This document shows, piece after piece, positions 10,217-20,707 of a stretch of 64,000 bases of DNA. The position numbers were made by a program, and so were the translations under genes. Below the pieces are notes generated by a model. That model made no database searches. It worked only from the letters and a program-made list of their open reading frames with translations, and was not told the DNA's origin. The stretch is from an uncultured Sulfitobacter sp. (GTDB lineage: Bacteria > Pseudomonadota > Alphaproteobacteria > Rhodobacterales > Rhodobacteraceae), in contig NZ_CANMQS010000012.1 in NCBI RefSeq assembly GCF_947500075.1, forward strand, positions 1,233-65,232, written 5' to 3'. Within the stretch, counting starts at the first letter, position 1. Every line of letters begins with the position of its first letter.

Positions 10217-11059
10217 TCAGAGGGTGGCAGCATCCCTTTGAACAATGTGCTTGATCTTGGCCAGCATTGGCGCACGATCTTCTTCAACACGCTTCATGTA
10301 GTCGCCCATTTCTTCACGGAAACGCGCAGCATACACATCGTTGGTGGTGGTTCCGATTTTCCGGTGTGCCGTGTTCAGTTTGAGCCCGGTCATATGCTCA
10401 AGACCAAGGTAATGGCCCATTGCGTTCACAACCTTTGCCGGACGCAATGAAGTGTTTTGTTCATAACTCATCCGGAAAGGTGAAAGATCATAATCTGCGA
10501 AGAGCTTTTCGGTATCCACCTCAGCGTGGCGTATGTGTTCGAGCCAGCGCTTGATCTGGCCAGCATTGTAGGTGAATGATTTTTCCTTGGCTTCCAGTTC
10601 AGCGGCACTTGCTTGCGATGCGTGACCAAGCTGGGTTTTTTGCATTTTATACAAAGAGATTGCTTGAAGCAGGATGTCCTCGCGGATCAGCCAAAAACAC
10701 TTCTCACTGGGGAAGCGCTCAAGGAAATCCTCCCTGTTCCGGAAGACTGCGTTGAGCTGATGGTAAGTTATCTGAAAGCCGAAGACACCTGAGGTATTGC
10801 GCCGCCGCACAAGAATGTCGATGTACTCGTCCATGTTTGTTGCGTTCAGCGCACGGGTCATATTGGGCATGAAGTTGGGGTTAAAACACTCCCCAGGGAT
10901 GCTGAGTTTGCGTGTGCGGTCCGCGATGTCGGTAAGCCAGGAACTGCCGGAGCGCGGCGTAAAGAACATCACATATTGCGTGGGTGCCGCAGGCAGCTTC
11001 ATTTCGCGCGCAAACCTGTTTCGGTCCAGCTCCGATTCTTTGGCAAAACCTTTCCACAT
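10217..11059 (-). CDS. Stf0-like sulfotransferase
   Basis: 280 aa. PAPS 5-prime-phosphosulfate-binding-type loop FFTPRSGSSWLTD. The FWLIREDILLQAISLYKMQKTQ segment resembles the Stf0-family motif R.D...QA.S...A.QT. Confidence 0.6.
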   Translation of the reverse strand: MWKGFAKESELDRNRFAREMKLPAAPTQYVMFFTPRSGSSWLTDIADRTRKLSIPGECFNPNFMPNMTRALNATNMDEYIDILVRRRNTSGVFGFQITYHQLNAVFRNREDFLERFPSEKCFWLIREDILLQAISLYKMQKTQLGHASQASAAELEAKEKSFTYNAGQIKRWLEHIRHAEVDTEKLFADYDLSPFRMSYEQNTSLRPAKVVNAMGHYLGLEHMTGLKLNTAHRKIGTTTNDVYAARFREEMGDYMKRVEEDRAPMLAKIKHIVQRDAATL

Positions 11060-11074
11060 AGATCCGCGATCCCG

Positions 11075-14000
11075 TCAGATAATTGTTAAGCTATCCGAAA
11101 GGCTCTCCGGATCCGTTATCCCTTGCACAAACAGGATATTGCCGTCGCCAAAGTCCAAAACAGTCGAAGACCCATCGTTTGACGCGAACAGAGCGATAAC
11201 ATCCTCGACCGAATAGTCAATGCCGTTCCAAATTGTGTCCGCGATCCTCAGCATGTCTTCGCCAAGTGTGAAATCGGTGATCTGATCAACACCCTGGGCA
11301 AACACAAACGTATCGACCCCCGCGCCACCGGTCATGACATCATTGCCAAAACCACCGTTGAGCTGATCATTGCCATCCATCCCCAGCAATCGGTCGTTTC
11401 CTGCGGCTGATATTAACCGATCATTGCCGCCCGCACCCCAAAGGGTGTTGTTGTTTGCATCCCCCGTCAGGATGTCGTTGGCGTTTGATCCATAGATATT
11501 CTCGATGGAAACAAAGACGTCGCCCGTCGCCTCGCGCGTGTTGTTGGCCGGGTTGCGCAGGTCCACCGTCAGCCCAAAGGGACTTTCCCGGTAGTCGATC
11601 CGGTCAATACCGCCGCCACCATCCAGCAGGTCCCGGCCCACGCCGCCCACCAGAACATCGTTGCCGTTGCCGCCTTGAAGTGTGTCATGCCCCAACCGGC
11701 CGGTCAGCCAGTCGTTGCCATCATCACCAAAAAGCACGTTTGCACTATCGTTGCCGCGCAGCCCGTCTGCGAACCGGGAGCCGGCGAGGTTTTCGATGGA
11801 TAGAAACACATCGTTCGCCGCGTCCCCGGTGTTGTTCACGCCAAAGGCGAGATCCGCCACCACCGCCTGGGCTGCGTTCCGGTAGCTGGCCTGATCCACG
11901 CCATTCCCACCATCGAGCGTATCCGCACCTGTCCCACCTCTCAGGTCGTCATCGCCGCCCATGCCGCGCAAGACATCGTCTCCGCCGCGCCCGGACAGAA
12001 AATCGCGGCCATTGTTGCCGAACAAGGTGTTGTCGTCGTTTGTGCCCAGCAGGTTGTCGCCAAATTCGCTGCCCTGAATTTCCTCGATGGAGACGAAGGT
12101 GTCGCCCGCAGCTTCGCCCGTGTTGAAGGCAGCAAACAGCAGGTCAACGGTGACCGCAGTTTGAGAGGCGAAGTATGTCACCCGGTCAATGCCCGCACCG
12201 CCGTCAAGCCGGTCTGCATCCGCACCCCCCATCAGGATGTCGTTGCCGCCGTTGCCAAAGATCGTGTCGTTTCCGTTGCGGCTGGCGATGTTGTCATTGC
12301 CGCCGCCGCCCCAGATGACGTTGGCGACGTTGTTACCGCGCAGGTTGTCCGCAAAGTTTGAGCCGCGCAGGTTCTCGATGCTGACATAGATGTCGCCTGC
12401 CGCTTCAAAGGTATTGAACTGCGCAAAACCAAGATCGGCCAGCAGGCCGTTGGTGGAGAAGCTGTAGTTCGCCTCATCAATGCCGACACCCCCCTCCAGC
12501 AGGTCCGCGCCCGCGCCGCCGATCATGGTGTCGTTCCCCGACCGACCGATCAGCGCGTCATCGCCGCCACGACCCTGAAGCATGTCATTGCCGACATAGC
12601 CAATCAGACGGTTGTCCCCGCCGTCCCCATAAAGCGTATCGGCCAGAGCGGACCCGTGGATTTCTTCGATGAAAAAGAACTCATCCCCATCCGCTGCGCC
12701 TGTGTTCATTGCGGTGTTTGCCAGATCCACAACCACGGCGGACGCAGCACTTTGATAAGTTACGCGGTCGATCCCGTCCCCGCCGATCAGGCGGTCTGCA
12801 CCCGCACCGCCATCCAGAGTGTCGTTGCCGCCCAACCCGCTGATTGTATCCTCAAGGTCTGTCCCTTCGAGGATGTCGTTTTGCGAAGTTCCTTCAAACG
12901 TCAGAATGGAGCCAAACTGCATTGGGGTCAGATGGGTGAGAGAGAAGAAATCTTCGGTCGCAAAATCCTCAACCCGCAAAGAGCTGCCGTTATGCGTATT
13001 GATCACCAGCCGGTCGCCGCGAAATTCGATGATGGCGCCGCTGCCGGTGGTCGTGAACTCAAGCGCGTCAAGCGTATACACCAACCCCAGACCTGACAGA
13101 TCAATGCGGTCCTCGTTGATGTTGAAATCCGTGATTATGTCGTTGCGGGCCTCATCGGCGCGGAAGACAAACGTGTCCGCGCCACCTCCACCGGTTAGCA
13201 GATCCGTGCCATACCCTCCCATCAGGGTATCATTCCCTGCGCCGCCTGAAAGTGTGTCATCCCCTCCCATTGCCCGGAGCACATCATCGGCGCTGGTGCC
13301 GGACATGAACTGCGCCGCGGTGGACCCGACTTGCGTGACCCCACGGTTGCCGACATCGGCCTGAAGGCGTGTGATGCCCGCGTCGGCTTCCGCAACGGAG
13401 GCGATCTCAATCCGACCTCCGACCATTGTAGCGGCCAGATCGGTGACGTTGGTCAGCGCCGTCTCTGTTGTATCGGCAAAGCTGTCGAGATGGAGCAGAT
13501 AGCCATCCGGCAGGATCTGGAACAGGGAAACACCATCATCCGCGCCTGCCGCCACGACAAAGGCCCGGTCACCATCCTGCACGACGGAGAGCGCGGCGGC
13601 GTTGTCAAAGCGGGTATCCCGGCCATCGATGACATGATCCACAACGCGCATTGCGCCGTTGTCAAACAGCTCCACCACGCTGAGAGAGGCGCTGTTGCCA
13701 CCGGCTATCACGGCGAAATCCGTGCCTGCGACCTCCACAAGTGCCATCGTGGTCGGGTTGGAAACATAAAGACCGCTATCGCTGTCGATTGTGGCGCGCG
13801 GGTTCATGGTGCCATTGGGGTTGACGCGAAAGGACATGAGGCTGTTTGCAGCAGAAGACAGGGCAAACACATGCGTGAAGCTGCTACCATTCAGCGCGGC
13901 GATTGCGGTGATGTCGTCGCCAAGGCCATTGCCCGGAAGGGTCGTCAGAATCGGATTGGCCAGACTTCCATCGTTTTGCACCCTGTAGGTCGCCAGGGTG

Positions 14001-14425
14001 TCCTGACCCCGGTGTGCCGACAGGATCATCTGGTCCGGGCCAAGGTCAAATGTCGTGATTGCCGTCATCGCGCCTGGCAGGGTGTTGCCTGCCACCGACC
14101 GGGAACCAAGCGTGCTGCCCATGACTTCATGCGTCACAAGACCTGCGTATTGAGGACCGGTGGTGATCACAACATCAGCATTGTTCAATTCACCAACGTG
14201 CAGCGCTGCCGGGCTGCCAAGCCCATTTCCGGGCGGCAGAAACGTCTCGTCCCGCAGTGAAATACCGCCACTGGTCAGGGTAAAGGTGCTCAACGTCATG
14301 CCGGTGTAGGACGTCGCAAACAGAACGAGCTGCCCGTCGATCCGCGCGAAGTCTATGTCGCTGAGGATCCGGTCCTCATCGTCCGGATCGCCTTGCCGCG
14401 TGCCAATATGCGTCAGTTCAACCAT
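11075..14425 (-). CDS. RTX-type calcium-binding secreted protein (N-terminal beta-propeller-like region, tandem RTX units, T1SS-type C-terminus)
   Basis: 1116 aa with many GGxGxD nonapeptides. Five tandem units follow the pattern GG.G.D..Y.....V.VDL.....NTG.A.GD.F.SIE.I.GS.F.D.L.G. The acidic C-terminal 60 aa contain no Cys. The ribosome-binding site is GGGGGAGGAAAA. Confidence 0.85.
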   Translation of the reverse strand: MVELTHIGTRQGDPDDEDRILSDIDFARIDGQLVLFATSYTGMTLSTFTLTSGGISLRDETFLPPGNGLGSPAALHVGELNNADVVITTGPQYAGLVTHEVMGSTLGSRSVAGNTLPGAMTAITTFDLGPDQMILSAHRGQDTLATYRVQNDGSLANPILTTLPGNGLGDDITAIAALNGSSFTHVFALSSAANSLMSFRVNPNGTMNPRATIDSDSGLYVSNPTTMALVEVAGTDFAVIAGGNSASLSVVELFDNGAMRVVDHVIDGRDTRFDNAAALSVVQDGDRAFVVAAGADDGVSLFQILPDGYLLHLDSFADTTETALTNVTDLAATMVGGRIEIASVAEADAGITRLQADVGNRGVTQVGSTAAQFMSGTSADDVLRAMGGDDTLSGGAGNDTLMGGYGTDLLTGGGGADTFVFRADEARNDIITDFNINEDRIDLSGLGLVYTLDALEFTTTGSGAIIEFRGDRLVINTHNGSSLRVEDFATEDFFSLTHLTPMQFGSILTFEGTSQNDILEGTDLEDTISGLGGNDTLDGGAGADRLIGGDGIDRVTYQSAASAVVVDLANTAMNTGAADGDEFFFIEEIHGSALADTLYGDGGDNRLIGYVGNDMLQGRGGDDALIGRSGNDTMIGGAGADLLEGGVGIDEANYSFSTNGLLADLGFAQFNTFEAAGDIYVSIENLRGSNFADNLRGNNVANVIWGGGGNDNIASRNGNDTIFGNGGNDILMGGADADRLDGGAGIDRVTYFASQTAVTVDLLFAAFNTGEAAGDTFVSIEEIQGSEFGDNLLGTNDDNTLFGNNGRDFLSGRGGDDVLRGMGGDDDLRGGTGADTLDGGNGVDQASYRNAAQAVVADLAFGVNNTGDAANDVFLSIENLAGSRFADGLRGNDSANVLFGDDGNDWLTGRLGHDTLQGGNGNDVLVGGVGRDLLDGGGGIDRIDYRESPFGLTVDLRNPANNTREATGDVFVSIENIYGSNANDILTGDANNNTLWGAGGNDRLISAAGNDRLLGMDGNDQLNGGFGNDVMTGGAGVDTFVFAQGVDQITDFTLGEDMLRIADTIWNGIDYSVEDVIALFASNDGSSTVLDFGDGNILFVQGITDPESLSDSLTII
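11300..12880 (-). repeat. about five tandem ~95-100-aa RTX-containing coding repeat units
   Basis: Recurring blocks ...[54 protein letters not shown]... and paralogous copies in the translation. Coordinates are approximate. Confidence 0.7.
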
Positions 14426-14561
14426 TTTTCCTCCCCCAGAAGCGGAAGAGGAATTAAGATGCAGGTCTGGCTGGTAACGGACCTAGAAGGCGGCAAAACC
14501 GTGACCTTTAGGGCCAAGTTTCACCGATTTTTAAGCCGTTTTACATCAGGTTAATCCCGGA

Positions 14562-17500
14562 TCACTCGGTATCGGCCAGCTTGGCCTGCCAGCTCAGGAA
14601 CCGCTGTGCGGCATTGCTGTCGCAATTGGCAGAAAGCACAGGTGCATCATGGTAACTGCGCTTTGGTGTCGGCAGATCGTCAAGGGTCCCACCCGACAGA
14701 ACATGATTGACTGCGTTCGCGGCCACATCCGTTTCCCAATCCAATGTCCGGGGGGCAACATAAGCGCGGCCCGCTTGCGCGCGCTCGGCGGCCAAAGTGT
14801 CATCCTCCATCAATTGGCAAATTGCTTCGGCGATTGAGTCCGGTGTCTGATAGGCCAGAACGCCGGTGCCGGAGGCATAATCAAACAGGTTGTTGTACCG
14901 GTAAAGATCCACAGGCACGCAGCCTGCCGCCATCATCTCAAACGGAATCCGTGAGGGGTTTGTGGCAGAGATACACAGACCCACTCGGCTTTCGTTATAG
15001 ATTTCGTTGAGCTTGGAGAGATCTGTGATCAACCCACGGTGATCGGCCTCAAAGGGGACTTCAACGTTCCGGTCAGAGCCGTACAGGACAATGTCTACTT
15101 CGGGCAGGCGCTGTTTCACACGGGCCAGCGCGGCAATGCAAATCTCCGGAGCGCGGCGCCATTTCTCAGGCTGATAAAGGAAAGCGACCTGTTTCTTGCG
15201 CGCGACTTCCTTGTACGGACTGCCGGATTTGTCCCCGATGGCGGCTTTCACCGGTCCGTAGATGCCATGATCAACCCCAAGGCCGCCTGCCGCAGCCGGT
15301 CTGCCAAATTGGGTTGCCATCATATGCGACAGCCAGTTGCCGATGCTGAGGTGATTTTGAGTCTGCGTGAAGGTGGTTTGCGCCCGCAGATAGCCGTCAG
15401 AGACCGGATTGAATTCGGCCTCGTGATCCTGAACGAAATAGAATGTGTGCGCAGTTTTGCCAAACGTCTTGCGAACATACGGGGCGCTGTAGGCGATCGT
15501 GGCAATGGCTACGTCCGGGGCAAGCGCAGCATTCCAACTCTTGTGATGGGTGAACCCCGCCCCTTCGGTGACGGTCTCCATCCAGCTGCTGGCTTGGTCA
15601 TTGCCTTTAGCTTCTGACATAAGATGTACGTCTGCGCCCAGGTCGGCCAGCCGCCTGCCCATGTTGTAGATCGTCCGATGCCCGCCAGAACCCGCAAGGG
15701 GGGCAGGCGCTGCAATTGCGATTCTTGGCTGACTGCCGTGTTGGCTGCGCAGGTATCTGGGGGCGAATACCTTTGTGGGCAGGTGCAGCTTTGCCTCAAT
15801 AGGCATGTCTTTCAGTGTCTTCTGGATACCATCAATCTGGATGAGTGCTTCGATCCAGCGCAGATCGTTGCCGGTCTCGGACAGCGCAGCGTGCATGTCC
15901 GCATTTTCGTGTTTGAAGCCCGCCTGCAAGCGGGCTTCTGAGCCTGACATATCGTCGAAACCGCCGGTGCCAAATGTCTCATTGTGGTCAAGCTCGGCAA
16001 AAGCCTTTGCGACTTCCTTGGGCGGGTTTGTCATGTAGCTGCGCACGATGCGCCGGGACAGCTGTTGCAGGTCATCGGCGACAAGACCGTGATCGCGGAC
16101 ATAGCGCGCAATGGCGGGCAGGCTGGCGAGTATCTTTGACTGGAACTCGGCAACAGGGCCGATGATCACTTTCTCCTCACCTTCGGAAATCTCTGTTACG
16201 GGCACACCATCTTCATAATCAATGACGGAGCCGCCGGGACTGTTGAACAAGAACTCAAGCGCGGAGTATTCGTTAACAGAGAAATCAAAACTGTGATTTC
16301 GATCAAAGAGATAGGCAGATTTTGTGGTATTTGCAGGCTGTTGGTTGATGAAGAAGTCCAGACCCAGGTAGCTGCCATGGACATCGCCACGTACCAGTTC
16401 GGACAAGCTGTCCTGAATGGTGCCGCGCCATCCGATGTCGACCATCAGCGTCTGGGCCTGCGCCTTGGTGCCCAGACCTTTTCCGGTCAGGTAGGTCTGC
16501 AGGCCCGCGCGTTTGTCCCAAAGCGCCTTGCGTACACTGTCAATGAACCCCTGATCCCGCATCAACCGCTGCACACGGGTGTCTTCCCACGGCAGGTCGA
16601 TCGTCTCATCCATGTCGATGTTTTCGGCGGCTGCAAACGGCCGCCAATCGGCGGCATCAATGTTGAGAGAGGTTGCGAGCATACCCAGCGACTGCTGCGA
16701 ATACTGGTTCCACAGACGCATCAGCTCTTTCATGGTGAAGGTCTTGAGCGACGGCCCGAAGGTGGAGCGGCGGCTGACGTGCAGTGTCTCCGCTTCCGGG
16801 TAATGTGCCAGCTCGAACACGTTCTCCTTGACCATCGCTTCATAGACAGCGCGGAAGAAAACACCCTCACGGGTACAGAAAAAGACCTTGTCGACCCCAA
16901 GCCGCAAGGCATCTTCGATGATGCGCATTCCGAAACCTGCAACAACAATGCCCATTGCCTTGATCGGCAAGGGCGTGTCGCCATCGGTTGCCGGCAGTTT
17001 GAGCAAACGCAGCAGCGCTTCCTGGTGCAGTCGGGTGTCGCCGTTGATATGGCTCCAGAACCGGTCGTGGTCGCGCGCGGCGGAACCGTCATGCCACAGA
17101 TTGATATACTGTTCTGCGTCGATTCCGCGTTGCCGTGGCATTGTCACATCCGCATCTGCCCGGTCACCAACGTGGAACAGCGCGTCGGGCGTGCATTCCT
17201 CGCCCTCAAGTACGACATCGAACAGGGCGCCGTTGCGCTTGGGCAGCAGGTGATCGCAGGAGGCGTAGACTTCCTGCACCTGATCCAGCTTGTGATGCGT
17301 CAGCAATGCGCTGAGCGCGTCGGCATCGTGGTAAAAGTCCGACACGCAGATGACCCGGCCAACGTCCTTTGAAAGGAGCGCAGCGATTGTCGGATCGGGG
17401 TAAGAGGTTTCCTTCTCAACGACGAGATCCATCTCAACAAGTTCTTGGGGTGTGAAATGCCCCGTGAGCTGTACCATTTCGAGCCAGATCGCAGCCGCGT

Positions 17501-18215
17501 CGGCGAAACGGTACTCTCCCAACTCATTGGCTTGAAGGGCTTCGGCCATGCGGCGGGCCTGGAGGACATCAATCGGATGCAAGGCGGCAAGATGGGGCGA
17601 GGCGTGTCTTCCGCGCAGCCAGAGCATCCGCGCGGTGCGCAATTTCACTTCGTCCGGGTGGCAGCGGCGGCGCAGTAACGTATCCCAGATATCCAGCGAC
17701 AGTGTTCGCCCCGCGATTTGCCCCTCCAGATGAGAGATAAAGGCGTGATCCGCGCCCGGGTCTTTGCCATAGAAGGCATCGGGCATGTCATTGGGAATGG
17801 GGAAAGGCAGGTCGTTTTGTGGCCTGCGCAGGTTGTAATGGTGGATGTTGTCGCCCAACCGGTTCAGCATCGCTTCGGTATGCTGCCAATTGAGGGGCCT
17901 GAAGAAATTGAGCAGCAGCAGCGGTCGTGTCAGAGCGTCGGGCCGGGCAAAGGTGGGATCACCGATGGGACGTCCCTCCTCCTGACCGTATTTCAGGTAG
18001 TGCAGATACGGGTTCACCTGCGCCGCGGCGACATCGGGGTTGGCGTCCAGATAAGAAGCTGATGAAAACGAACGGTTCGGGTTCAGGCCAAGAAACCCGC
18101 CAATGCGCAGGTAGTGTTCCGCCGGGGACAAGGTGCTGTGGCGCGCATGTGGATGTTGATAAAGATAGAAATCCTTTTCCAGATGGGCTGAGATCAACTT
18201 GATGTCTTCGTTCAT
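14562..18215 (-). CDS. very large multidomain polysaccharide biosynthesis protein (N-terminal NPDV/HY repeat motif, HAD-like DxWDTL domain, C-terminal GT1/GT4 WsaF-like glycosyltransferase)
   Basis: 1217 aa. The N-terminus has SYLDANPDVAAAQVNPYLHYLKYGQEEGR. LSLDIWDTLLRR matches HAD motif I. The C-terminal third (PRIAIAAPAPLAGSGGHRTIYNMGRRLADLG...) resembles retaining GT4 enzymes. Confidence 0.7.
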   Translation of the reverse strand: MNEDIKLISAHLEKDFYLYQHPHARHSTLSPAEHYLRIGGFLGLNPNRSFSSASYLDANPDVAAAQVNPYLHYLKYGQEEGRPIGDPTFARPDALTRPLLLLNFFRPLNWQHTEAMLNRLGDNIHHYNLRRPQNDLPFPIPNDMPDAFYGKDPGADHAFISHLEGQIAGRTLSLDIWDTLLRRRCHPDEVKLRTARMLWLRGRHASPHLAALHPIDVLQARRMAEALQANELGEYRFADAAAIWLEMVQLTGHFTPQELVEMDLVVEKETSYPDPTIAALLSKDVGRVICVSDFYHDADALSALLTHHKLDQVQEVYASCDHLLPKRNGALFDVVLEGEECTPDALFHVGDRADADVTMPRQRGIDAEQYINLWHDGSAARDHDRFWSHINGDTRLHQEALLRLLKLPATDGDTPLPIKAMGIVVAGFGMRIIEDALRLGVDKVFFCTREGVFFRAVYEAMVKENVFELAHYPEAETLHVSRRSTFGPSLKTFTMKELMRLWNQYSQQSLGMLATSLNIDAADWRPFAAAENIDMDETIDLPWEDTRVQRLMRDQGFIDSVRKALWDKRAGLQTYLTGKGLGTKAQAQTLMVDIGWRGTIQDSLSELVRGDVHGSYLGLDFFINQQPANTTKSAYLFDRNHSFDFSVNEYSALEFLFNSPGGSVIDYEDGVPVTEISEGEEKVIIGPVAEFQSKILASLPAIARYVRDHGLVADDLQQLSRRIVRSYMTNPPKEVAKAFAELDHNETFGTGGFDDMSGSEARLQAGFKHENADMHAALSETGNDLRWIEALIQIDGIQKTLKDMPIEAKLHLPTKVFAPRYLRSQHGSQPRIAIAAPAPLAGSGGHRTIYNMGRRLADLGADVHLMSEAKGNDQASSWMETVTEGAGFTHHKSWNAALAPDVAIATIAYSAPYVRKTFGKTAHTFYFVQDHEAEFNPVSDGYLRAQTTFTQTQNHLSIGNWLSHMMATQFGRPAAAGGLGVDHGIYGPVKAAIGDKSGSPYKEVARKKQVAFLYQPEKWRRAPEICIAALARVKQRLPEVDIVLYGSDRNVEVPFEADHRGLITDLSKLNEIYNESRVGLCISATNPSRIPFEMMAAGCVPVDLYRYNNLFDYASGTGVLAYQTPDSIAEAICQLMEDDTLAAERAQAGRAYVAPRTLDWETDVAANAVNHVLSGGTLDDLPTPKRSYHDAPVLSANCDSNAAQRFLSWQAKLADTE

Positions 18216-18304
18216 TTTTCCTGCCGCATTGGTAAGAACAAGGTCGGCCTGTTTTGACCGACTATAAGGGTGTGATCAACTGTGATTAAGATGACCAGAG
18301 TGTT

Positions 18305-18318
18305 ACCGCTTAAGCGGT
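18305..18318. promoter_or_regulatory. perfect 14-bp palindrome ACCGCTTAAGCGGT in the divergent promoter region between two glycosyltransferase genes
   Basis: Read directly from the sequence. It lies in the 231-nt intergenic region between genes starting at 18215 (-) and 18447 (+). Confidence 0.35.
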
Positions 18319-18446
18319 TCTTGGCGGAAATTCCAATTTTCGTGTGATTATCGGCTCATTTGTAGGGAACTGTGTGCGGTTTGTCCCATGATGCTTGCGC
18401 AGGCGGTGCTGTTTGGCCATCACCGAGGCCAAATGCGTGAGGGACA

Positions 18447-19373
18447 ATGACCAATAAAGACCAGCATGTTGCGATTTTGATGTGCACGCACAATGGCGCG
18501 GCACATCTTGAAGCGCAATTGCAGTCGTTTGCGATGCAAACACACAAGGATTGGTCGCTCTGGGTGAGTGATGATGGCTCCACCGATAAGACGCGCGCGA
18601 TGATCGATGACTTCCGCGATGCGCATCCGGGCCACCGGGTGACGGTTGTGCCCGGGCCTTGCGAGGGCGCGGCGCAGAACTTCCTGTCACTGATCCACCG
18701 CACGCAGGTTCCGGCTGGATTGATTGCCCTCTCCGATCAGGATGATGTGTGGTTGCCGCATAAACTGGCAAGGGCGGTCAGCATTGTCGGTGATGGCGAT
18801 GTGCCAATCGCCTACGGCGCACAGAGCATTGTTGGAAACGATGACCTGAGCACGCAGCGCGCCCCTAAAAACCGGTTATGGCCTGCGCATTTCGGCAACG
18901 CCTTGGTGCAGAATATCCTGAGCGGCCATACGCTCGTGCTCAACCATGCGGCCCACAAGATACTTCGCCGCGCAGGCAGGCCAAGGCAGATCGTGTTCCA
19001 CGATTGGTGGATCTATCAAGTCATGGCCGGCCATGGTGTGGCCTGTATCGTCGATGACGCAGAGGTTGTGATTTACCGTCAGCATGCAGGCAATACACTT
19101 GGCGTCTCGCGTGGGCCGGGCGCGGCCGTCGCGCGCGCGAAAATGGTGATCAACGGCACCTTCGGGGCCTGGTCAGCGGCGCACCGGGAGGCCTTGTGGG
19201 ATGGACGTGACGTGCTGAGCGCGGATGCCGTAGAGCTGTTGCGAGTCTTACAAGATGAGACCCGACCTGCCGGACCCGGCCGGGTTGCCGCATTGCACCG
19301 TCTTGGCGTCAGGCGGACGTCGCGGGCAGGGAATGCGCTGCTTGATCTCGCAGCGCTTCTGGGGCGGTTCTAG
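18447..19373 (+). CDS. family 2 glycosyltransferase
   Basis: 308 aa. VAILMCTHNGAAHLEAQLQSFAMQT...WVSDDGSTDKT and SDQDDVW (DxD-type) motifs. Confidence 0.8.
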   Translation: MTNKDQHVAILMCTHNGAAHLEAQLQSFAMQTHKDWSLWVSDDGSTDKTRAMIDDFRDAHPGHRVTVVPGPCEGAAQNFLSLIHRTQVPAGLIALSDQDDVWLPHKLARAVSIVGDGDVPIAYGAQSIVGNDDLSTQRAPKNRLWPAHFGNALVQNILSGHTLVLNHAAHKILRRAGRPRQIVFHDWWIYQVMAGHGVACIVDDAEVVIYRQHAGNTLGVSRGPGAAVARAKMVINGTFGAWSAAHREALWDGRDVLSADAVELLRVLQDETRPAGPGRVAALHRLGVRRTSRAGNALLDLAALLGRF

Positions 19374-20620
19374 ATTTCCAGCTTGATTGCCTTGCTCTTG
19401 GGGACAAGCGCATTGATCTGGCGCAGATGCTCCGGCAGGCAGACCGTGGCAAAGTCATAGTTCTTGACCACATGTTCGCGCGCATTTGGGCCGATATGCG
19501 CATAAGCATCCGGGTTGGCCAGAATGTCGATGATCTGATCAGCGAGCGCTTCTGGCTTGAAATAATCCACCAGCAGACCGTTTTTGCCGTGCTCGATCAC
19601 CTCCCGCGTGGGCTCCAGATCAGAGCCGATGACGGTAGCGCCCATCGCCATCGCCTCAAGCATGGACCACGACAGGACAAAGGGCTGCGACATGTAGAGA
19701 TGACATCGACCAACACGGATCAGGTCGCACAGCCCGTTGTAGGGAACACGGCCCAGAAAGTGCACGCGGTCCCAGTCAACCGTTTCGCCCAGCTCTTCCT
19801 CCATGATGCCGCGCAGGCCGCCCTGATGTTCGACCTCCTGACCATAGGAGCTTTCAGTACCGCCAACGACGATCACCCGCGCATTCGGGCGCTCCGACAA
19901 CAGCTTTGGCAATGCGCGCATGACCACGTGAAATCCGCGGGCGCGCTCAAGGTTGCGGGCGACATAGGTGATGATTTCATCATCACGGGTCAGCGGTTCG
20001 GGCAGGCGGCCCAAAGTGACGCTCACCTTGGGGTTTGGCTTCAGTTTGTCGGTTCGGATGCCGTCATGGCAAACGTACATTTTGCTATGGAAGCTTTTTG
20101 GAAACCGATCCTGCTGCCATTTGGTTGGACTATGCCCCAGATCGACGGAATCAATGTTCATGTAGGGCAGCGCATTGCGGGCGCGGGCGAAGTAGGCGGC
20201 TTGAGGAGAGACGCGCTCTTCGGGATCAAAGCCGACAATGCCGCCGGTTGCGCGATAGAAATACTCAAAAAAGCCAATGATCGGCACATCGGGCCAGAGG
20301 TCCTTGAAGAACGTCAACTCTCCCCAGCCGGTGTGGCCAATGATGATGTCGGGCAGGAAACCTTCGTCTTCTTCGATCTTCTTGGCCGCCTCAACCACGG
20401 AGAAGCCATGCGCGACACCATCCTCATACGTTCGGGAGAGTTTGAACGATTCCTCCGTTGAGGTGTGGATCGGCTTGTAAATCCGGATGTTGATGCCCTT
20501 GATCTTGACGTCGTCCCGTTGGGTCAGGAAGTAGATCGTATGCTTGTTCTGGGCGATCAGGAATCCAAGAAGTTCCCGATACTGGCCCGGAATATTTTGG
20601 TGAACGAAGAGTATTTTCAT
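19370..20620 (-). CDS. family 1/4 glycosyltransferase
   Basis: Start placed at ATG 20620 (MKILFVHQNIPGQY). The 20 upstream codons of the ORF-track entry have no support. C-terminal GT1 features: RVIVVGG, PFVLSWSMLEAMAMGATVIGS. Confidence 0.8.
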   Translation of the reverse strand: MKILFVHQNIPGQYRELLGFLIAQNKHTIYFLTQRDDVKIKGINIRIYKPIHTSTEESFKLSRTYEDGVAHGFSVVEAAKKIEEDEGFLPDIIIGHTGWGELTFFKDLWPDVPIIGFFEYFYRATGGIVGFDPEERVSPQAAYFARARNALPYMNIDSVDLGHSPTKWQQDRFPKSFHSKMYVCHDGIRTDKLKPNPKVSVTLGRLPEPLTRDDEIITYVARNLERARGFHVVMRALPKLLSERPNARVIVVGGTESSYGQEVEHQGGLRGIMEEELGETVDWDRVHFLGRVPYNGLCDLIRVGRCHLYMSQPFVLSWSMLEAMAMGATVIGSDLEPTREVIEHGKNGLLVDYFKPEALADQIIDILANPDAYAHIGPNAREHVVKNYDFATVCLPEHLRQINALVPKSKAIKLEI

Positions 20621-20707
20621 GACGCCATCCTTTGCGCGGGGCAGGCCAAAGTGCAACCCCGATCCAGCTGCGGATAGCACAGCAGAGATGGACGAAATAT
20701 GAAACGA

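Noticed and set aside
16293-17372. 359-aa plus-strand ORF
   Set aside because: It is antisense within the 1217-aa glycosyltransferase gene and has no motifs.
19370-19373. The two convergent glycosyltransferase genes share the palindrome CTAG as overlapping TAG stops
   Set aside because: It is real in the sequence, but it is a trivial consequence of compact convergent genes, and I see no functional implication.
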